Part shown: in pieces, positions 58,667 to 64,000 of the stretch
How positions within the stretch are numbered: the stretch's first letter is position 1
Layout: the number at the start of each line of letters is the position of its first letter
Assembly (NCBI GenBank): GCA_050013315.1
Contig: JBEKFM010000009.1
Span: 148-64,147 of the forward strand
Source of the DNA: Candidatus Bathyarchaeia archaeon
GTDB lineage: Archaea > Thermoproteota > Bathyarchaeia > Bathyarchaeales > Bathycorpusculaceae
DNA length: 64,000 nt
Direction: 5' to 3'
The notes under the pieces: model-generated
Databases searched by the model: none
The model's input: the letters and a program-made list of their open reading frames with translations, nothing else
What the model was told of the DNA's origin: nothing
Position numbers and translations under genes: made by a program

Positions 58667-58801
58667 ATGTTAACTTATAAAAACCTGTTTAGAGAGTCGT
58701 TCAAATGCAGAATATGCGCAGCCCATTTTTCTAATCCCGAAGACCTAAGAGTACATAGGATGGTCAACCATAAGGGCCATATGCTTACCATTAAACGTTA
58801 A
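58667..58801 (+). CDS. Stand-alone C2H2 zinc-finger protein (44 aa)
   Basis: FKCRICAAHFSNPEDLRVHRMVNH fits F-x-C-x2-C-x3-F-x5-L-x2-H-x4-H. Confidence 0.75.
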   Translation: MLTYKNLFRESFKCRICAAHFSNPEDLRVHRMVNHKGHMLTIKR

Positions 58802-59177
58802 TCATGATTATTATTTCTACATTTGCACGTTTACCCTTTTTCTGATTGCTTTTTAGTATTCTTAATGTGCCCGGGTTTTACTTTGAAATGTTTTACTACT
58901 GAGAAACCAAAGAATCTAACGAAAACGCACATCCTTTAGTGTTCATAATTGTTTGCAAGAAATCAACTTCTTCGACACTTCCTTAATCATCCCCTTCAAA
59001 GCACCATCCGACATCATAGAACAAAAAGGGGCAACGACCTCAAACATACGATAAGACTGAAAACAAGTCGACTGCAAAAGCTATCGTTAATTTCAATACG
59101 TCAAAACCAAAAGCGATAAACATCCCCTCACCAACAACAGTTAACTTGCAAGTCAACAGCAAACATGGGAAAAGAAT

Positions 59178-60755
59178 ATGACCAAGGCTACAGAGATGGC
59201 AAGAGTTTCCGCTAAAGGCGGCTTTAACCTCCTATGGGGTTTAGTTGCTTCTACTGTCATTTCAGCTGTAGGTACAATAATTATTGCCCGACTTCTAGGT
59301 CCAAATAACTACGGTTTATACGCAATTGCTCTTACTGCCCCAACTCTAATTTCCACATTTCGAGATTGGGGAATCAACACTGCAATGGTAAAATACTCTG
59401 CACAATACAACAGCGAAAACAATGTAGCTAAAATAAGGAGCATTTTTGTTTCGGGCGTATTGTTCGAGATTGTTTTAGGTTTATTACTTTCTATTCTTTC
59501 TTTTGTTCTCTCGCACTTTTTAGCTTTGAGCCTTAATCGACCCGCAATAGCTCCACTGATTCAAATCGGTTCCTTTTTCATCTTGGCTGGAGCGCTGGTT
59601 AATGCAGCAATTGCGGCTTTCACTGGGATGGAGAAAATGCATCTCTACAGCTTCATGCTTATAATTCAGTCTATAATAAAAACTGGTCTGATAGTTACAC
59701 TTGTAGTCTTAGGTTTTGGCACTCTGGGGGCAATTTCAGGTTTCACAGTGGCCAGCTTGCTTGCAGGGTTAACCGGTATGCTTTTAGTTTGGACTATGTA
59801 TAAATCTTTGCCTAAACCAACCCGCAGCAAACTAGAAATAATGGTCAATATTAAAACCATGTTCAAATATGGGTTACCGTTGTCGATAGGTAATATTCTT
59901 ACAGGATTTTTAACTATATTCTACAGCTATATATTGGCATTTTATGTCATTAACAACTCTATTATCGGCAATTATAACGTTGCCTTAAATTTTGTGGTTT
60001 TGATTACTTTTTTTGCTACTCCCGTAACAACTATGCTATTTCCTGCGTTCTCTAAGCTGGATCCTCAGAAAGATAAGGAGCTTTTGAAGAATGTTTTTCA
60101 GTATTCTATAAAGTATGCTGCACTTGTTGTTGTGCCCGTTACTGCGATGGTTATTGCTCTTGCGCAACCTGCTATTGGTACTATATTTGCAGATAAGTAC
60201 GTTCAAGCGCCGTTGTATTTGGCTTTGTTGTCTGTAACTTACCTTTATACCGCTTTTGGAAATTTGAGTGCGAGCAACATGATAAACGGTCAAGGTTACA
60301 CAACATATAACCTAAAACTAACTATTCTCCAAGCAGCTATTGGTTTTCCTTTGAGTTTTGTTTTAATTTCTCGGTTTGGCGTCATAGGTTTAATTATTAC
60401 CACGTTAACGGCGAGTCTTCCCAGCTTATTCATAGGTTTACGTTTTATCAAAAGACACTTTGAAGTGTCCGTGGATTGGCTTTCTTCCGCCAAGATTCTG
60501 TTTTCATCAATAGTAACGGCTGTCTTAACATATATTCTTATTTCTCACTTGGTCTTTTCCAGTCCGATACAATTACTTATCGGTGTAATAGTTTTCGTGG
60601 TTGTTTTAGTTTTTGTCGTGGTGGTTACTCGAACCGTTAACAGGGCTGATGTAAGTAATCTTCGGGAAATTATTAATGCACTTGGTCCTCTTCGTAAACC
60701 GTTGCGCTTCCTGCTTAATCTTATTGAGAAATTAATGACGCTTCTGCACACTTAA
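59178..60755 (+). CDS. Oligosaccharide flippase (Wzx/MOP family)
   Basis: ARLLGP..YG.Y, ~14 TMs, LFPAFS. Confidence 0.9.
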   Translation: MTKATEMARVSAKGGFNLLWGLVASTVISAVGTIIIARLLGPNNYGLYAIALTAPTLISTFRDWGINTAMVKYSAQYNSENNVAKIRSIFVSGVLFEIVLGLLLSILSFVLSHFLALSLNRPAIAPLIQIGSFFILAGALVNAAIAAFTGMEKMHLYSFMLIIQSIIKTGLIVTLVVLGFGTLGAISGFTVASLLAGLTGMLLVWTMYKSLPKPTRSKLEIMVNIKTMFKYGLPLSIGNILTGFLTIFYSYILAFYVINNSIIGNYNVALNFVVLITFFATPVTTMLFPAFSKLDPQKDKELLKNVFQYSIKYAALVVVPVTAMVIALAQPAIGTIFADKYVQAPLYLALLSVTYLYTAFGNLSASNMINGQGYTTYNLKLTILQAAIGFPLSFVLISRFGVIGLIITTLTASLPSLFIGLRFIKRHFEVSVDWLSSAKILFSSIVTAVLTYILISHLVFSSPIQLLIGVIVFVVVLVFVVVVTRTVNRADVSNLREIINALGPLRKPLRFLLNLIEKLMTLLHT

Positions 60756-60847
60756 GACATAATATAAATTAAATTAGAGGTAACGGCGGTAAGGGTTTAA
60801 GCCGCAACGGTTTACAGCGTCAAATTATAGGTAGGTTAAAGAAATTC

Positions 60848-61057
60848 TTATTGTACGATAGTGTCTTGGGTCAAGTTTCTGTTTACTTTCATGGTGATCT
60901 TGTTTTTTGTTGTTTGGGTCAGTGCTCTGTATTTACCGCAGTATCCTCCTCCAACATGTGTGCAAGTGTAGCTTGAGTTTGAGTAGAGGTTGCATAAATG
61001 GTTGAATTTGCATTTTTTTTCTTGAAGACTAAAAAAAGGTAAAACCAGTGTTTTCAA
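60848..61057 (-). CDS. Small Cys-rich hypothetical protein
   Basis: C....LC.LY...SYTC...GG.YCGKYR. Confidence 0.55.
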   Translation of the reverse strand: MKTLVLPFFSLQEKKCKFNHLCNLYSNSSYTCTHVGGGYCGKYRALTQTTKNKITMKVNRNLTQDTIVQ

Positions 61058-61227
61058 TTAGTTTTTCCCCTTTGGAGAGAGTGGTCTCTAACCTATTATT
61101 TCTTTTCAATAGTTAATAGAATTTTGTGGTTGTATAATTACAACTACAAATGAAATTTAATGTAACTTATTTAGGCGATAACAGCAAATCATAATAAAAA
61201 CCGGTACGTAATAAATTAGGGATTGAT

Positions 61228-62286
61228 ATGAAAGCACTTGTTCTCAGCGGCGGTAAAGGAACTAGGCTTAGGCCTCTAACTTTCACTTGTGCAAAACAGC
61301 TTATTCCAGTAGCTAACAAGCCGGTACTGGGATATGTTCTTGACCAGGTGGCGGCTACCAGCATAAAAAAGGTGGGCATCATTACCGCGCCGGAGACGGG
61401 GCAGTTTGTCAAGGATTATGTTGGCGATGGTTTAGCCTGGAATCTTGCTGTCACTTACATTCCCCAGGAACCGCTTGGCTTAGCACATGCGGTTAAGACG
61501 GCCAGACGATTTTTAGGACAAGATTCTTTTGTAATGTGCTTAGGAGATAACGTTACTGGTCAAGGTTTGAACTCGGTTGTTAAAAAATTTAAGAGTGAGC
61601 GTCTTGATGCGCTTATTATACTAAAAGAGGTTGAGAACCCGTCGAGTTTTGGCATAGCTCAACTTGATGATAATGGCAATATTATCAAATTGGTTGAAAA
61701 GCCTAAAACGCCCATGGGTAATCTTGCTATTATTGGTACTTACCTCTTTTCCAACAAAGTTCATGAAGCAATTGAAAGGATAAAGCCATCTTCGCGGGGA
61801 GAGTTGGAAATTACTGATGCTGTCCAAGAAATGATTAACATGGGTTTTAACGCAAAAGCCGAAATCTTGAAAACTTGGTGGCTTGACACAGGCAAAAAAG
61901 ACGATATTTTATCAGCTAACGCAAAAATACTTGATGAGTATATAAAGCGTGACATTAAAGGAACAGCAATAAACAGCATTATAGACGGCAGGGTTAAGGT
62001 GGAGCTTGACTCAAAAATAGTAAATAGCACCGTTAGAGGGCCATGCATAATTGGAAAAAATGTGTTGATTGAAAAATCTTTCATAGGACCTTACACAAGC
62101 GTTGGAGCTGGTTCGGAAATCATTAATTCTAACATTGAATACTGTGTTATACAAGAAAACGTTACCATTAAAGATGTGGAGCGGTTAGAGGAAAGCTTAA
62201 TTGGCAAAAATGCTAAGGTGACTAGAAACCAAAGAAACAGAACTATCAAGTTGCATGTGGGTGATTACTCGGAAGTGGAAGTTTAG
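61228..62286 (+). CDS. rmlA: Glucose-1-phosphate thymidylyltransferase (long form)
   Basis: LSGGKGTRLRPLT...AKQL.PVANKP, RGELEITD, WWLDTG. Confidence 0.93.
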   Translation: MKALVLSGGKGTRLRPLTFTCAKQLIPVANKPVLGYVLDQVAATSIKKVGIITAPETGQFVKDYVGDGLAWNLAVTYIPQEPLGLAHAVKTARRFLGQDSFVMCLGDNVTGQGLNSVVKKFKSERLDALIILKEVENPSSFGIAQLDDNGNIIKLVEKPKTPMGNLAIIGTYLFSNKVHEAIERIKPSSRGELEITDAVQEMINMGFNAKAEILKTWWLDTGKKDDILSANAKILDEYIKRDIKGTAINSIIDGRVKVELDSKIVNSTVRGPCIIGKNVLIEKSFIGPYTSVGAGSEIINSNIEYCVIQENVTIKDVERLEESLIGKNAKVTRNQRNRTIKLHVGDYSEVEV

Positions 62287-62346
62287 CCCCGAGAACATGA
62301 CAACTATTATAAATATTTTTAGGGTATATATTTTGTAGGACAAGGA

Positions 62347-62856
62347 ATGATCATGTTGAAAGGGATAAGAATTAAGTCAATAAATCGGTTTCCAGATGAG
62401 AGAGGCTTCTTTACTGAAGTTATGCGTAAGGATTGGAAAGATTTATTCGCAGAAGACGTAATTGCTCAAGCGAATTTTTCATTTACGTATCCTAATATTA
62501 TTCGTGCGTGGCATAGGCACCTTAAAGGACAAACGGATTATTTTTTGGCTCTGAAAGGATTAATAAAAATCTGTGCGTTTGATGAGACGACAGAAGAAAT
62601 TAATGAGGTTATCTCCGGCTCTTTAGACCTTCAAGTGGTACGTATCCCCGGTCATTATTGGCATGGCTTTAAAGCCCTTGGTAATGAACCAGCCATGCTG
62701 TTATACTTCACCACTAACATGTATGATCCTGCTAATCCTGATGAAGAACGCAGACCTTGGAATGACCAAACACTTATACCTAAAATTGTCAATGGCAAAA
62801 AGGATGGTTCGCGTGTTGGTAAACCCTGGGATTGGAATTATCCGCCTCATAAGTGA
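62347..62856 (+). CDS. rmlC: dTDP-4-dehydrorhamnose 3,5-epimerase
   Basis: DERGFFTE, RAWHRH, WHGF. Confidence 0.92.
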   Translation: MIMLKGIRIKSINRFPDERGFFTEVMRKDWKDLFAEDVIAQANFSFTYPNIIRAWHRHLKGQTDYFLALKGLIKICAFDETTEEINEVISGSLDLQVVRIPGHYWHGFKALGNEPAMLLYFTTNMYDPANPDEERRPWNDQTLIPKIVNGKKDGSRVGKPWDWNYPPHK

Positions 62857-62862
62857 TGAATT

Positions 62863-63870
62863 ATGAAAGTATTAGTTACAGGTGGTTTAGGTTTTATCGG
62901 AAGCAACTTTTGCAAGTACATGCTTGCAAAGTATCCCGATTGCGAATTGATAAATGTGGACAAAATGGGTATAGGCGCTAACCCAGCTAATCTTCATGAC
63001 ATTGAAAATGACAAAAGGTACACTTTCATTAAGGGTGACATTTGTAATCCTCAGCTTGTGAACAGGCTAATCCATCAAGTGGATGCTGTTGTGAATATTG
63101 CTGCGGAGACTCATGTGGACAGGAGCATTGCTGATCCCTACGTGTTTTTGCAGAATAATACGGTTGGTACTTTTACTATTTTAGAGGCCATACGAAGGCA
63201 TAATCATAAAGCTAAGCTTTTGCAGGTGTCTACTGACGAGGTTTACGGCGAAGCGCTTGAAGGCTCATTTACGGAGAATGATCTGCCTAAGCCGTCTAAT
63301 CCCTACTCGGCTTCTAAAGCGGCTGCTGACATGTTTGTGTTGTCTTACCATAAAACTTATGGTTTGAACGTGTCTATCACGCGTTGTACGAATAATTTTG
63401 GTCCTTATCAACTTCCGGAGAAGCTGATTCCTAAAACCATCATCCGTGCGCTTAGGGATCTTCCAATACCGATTTATGGGTCTGGGCAAAACATTCGTGA
63501 TTGGATTTACGTTAAAGATCACTGTGAGGCAATTGCCGGGGTTCTCGAGAAAGGGAATGCTGGAGAAATATACAATGTTTCAGCTGGGAATGAAATTCCT
63601 AACATTGAGATTGCTAAAAAAATTATTGCTTTGCTGCACAAGCCTGAGAATTTGATTACTTTTGTGGAAGATCGCCCCGGTCATGATACAAGATATAGTT
63701 TGGATTCTTCAAAAATAAGATCCATGCTTGGTTGGCAGCCGAAGTGTGGTTTTGAGGAATCTTTGGAGTCGACTGTTCGGTGGTATCTTGAAAATGAGCA
63801 TTGGTGGACGCCGTTTGCTACGGATGTGATTCTTCATCCGACGCCTTGGAAGTTAGGTGGTTTTCACTGA
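62863..63870 (+). CDS. rmlB: dTDP-glucose 4,6-dehydratase
   Basis: GGLGFIGSNF, AAETHVDRSI, STDEVYG, PYSASKA, DRPGHD.RY. Confidence 0.95.
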   Translation: MKVLVTGGLGFIGSNFCKYMLAKYPDCELINVDKMGIGANPANLHDIENDKRYTFIKGDICNPQLVNRLIHQVDAVVNIAAETHVDRSIADPYVFLQNNTVGTFTILEAIRRHNHKAKLLQVSTDEVYGEALEGSFTENDLPKPSNPYSASKAAADMFVLSYHKTYGLNVSITRCTNNFGPYQLPEKLIPKTIIRALRDLPIPIYGSGQNIRDWIYVKDHCEAIAGVLEKGNAGEIYNVSAGNEIPNIEIAKKIIALLHKPENLITFVEDRPGHDTRYSLDSSKIRSMLGWQPKCGFEESLESTVRWYLENEHWWTPFATDVILHPTPWKLGGFH

Positions 63871-64000
63871 AACTTTTAATCACTGGTGCCAGTGGTCTTT
63901 ATGGCTCCAGGCTGGCCGAGGCTGCGTTGGCAAGAAATTTTGAGGTTTATTCCTGTGATGTCCAGGAGTTGCCGGTTTGTGGGAACTTTGTTAAATTTGA
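63867..64000 (+). CDS. rmlD: dTDP-4-dehydrorhamnose reductase, N-terminus (CTG start; runs off window)
   Basis: (M)KLLITGASGLYGSRLA; CTGA overlap with the rmlB stop; SD AGGTGG. Confidence 0.8.
   Translation, partial: MKLLITGASGLYGSRLAEAALARNFEVYSCDVQELPVCGNFVKF

Overview
Archaeal chromosome segment, most consistent with Bathyarchaeia (TACK). The evidence is an intron-split cbf5, L14e/L35Ae, aIF-1A, a D-loop tRNA intron and frequent TTG/GTG starts. Left to right: (1) the 5' end of a 23S rRNA gene on the minus strand with no 16S upstream, tRNA-Thr, an L14e-cbf5(intron)-methyltransferase operon and an intron-containing tRNA-Leu. (2) A ~14.4 kb integrated tyrosine-recombinase element (~4528-18965). 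It is bounded by an 8-bp direct core (TTTAAACT) inside ~40-bp inverted arms, not by a tRNA duplication. It carries a left-end array of unrelated cargo genes punctuated by a shared repeat that supplies two of their stop codons. It also carries HEPN, PD-(D/E)xK and HNH-like nucleases, two copies of a non-coding module with exactly conserved 150-bp spacing, candidate structured RNAs, a lone HK97-gp10-like gene, a glycosyltransferase and a FtsK/HerA-type ATPase. (3) A complete NHEJ operon (LigD-Pol, Ku, Lig-PE, DUF72). (4) A large surface-glycosylation region (GT2/GT4, methyltransferases, B12 radical SAM, uxs, galU, ugd, flippase, rmlACBD) interrupted by L35Ae, aIF-1A and small zinc-finger genes. 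The integrated element and its cassette-like array are the best candidates for an undescribed system. All family calls are motif recognition by eye, without database searches.
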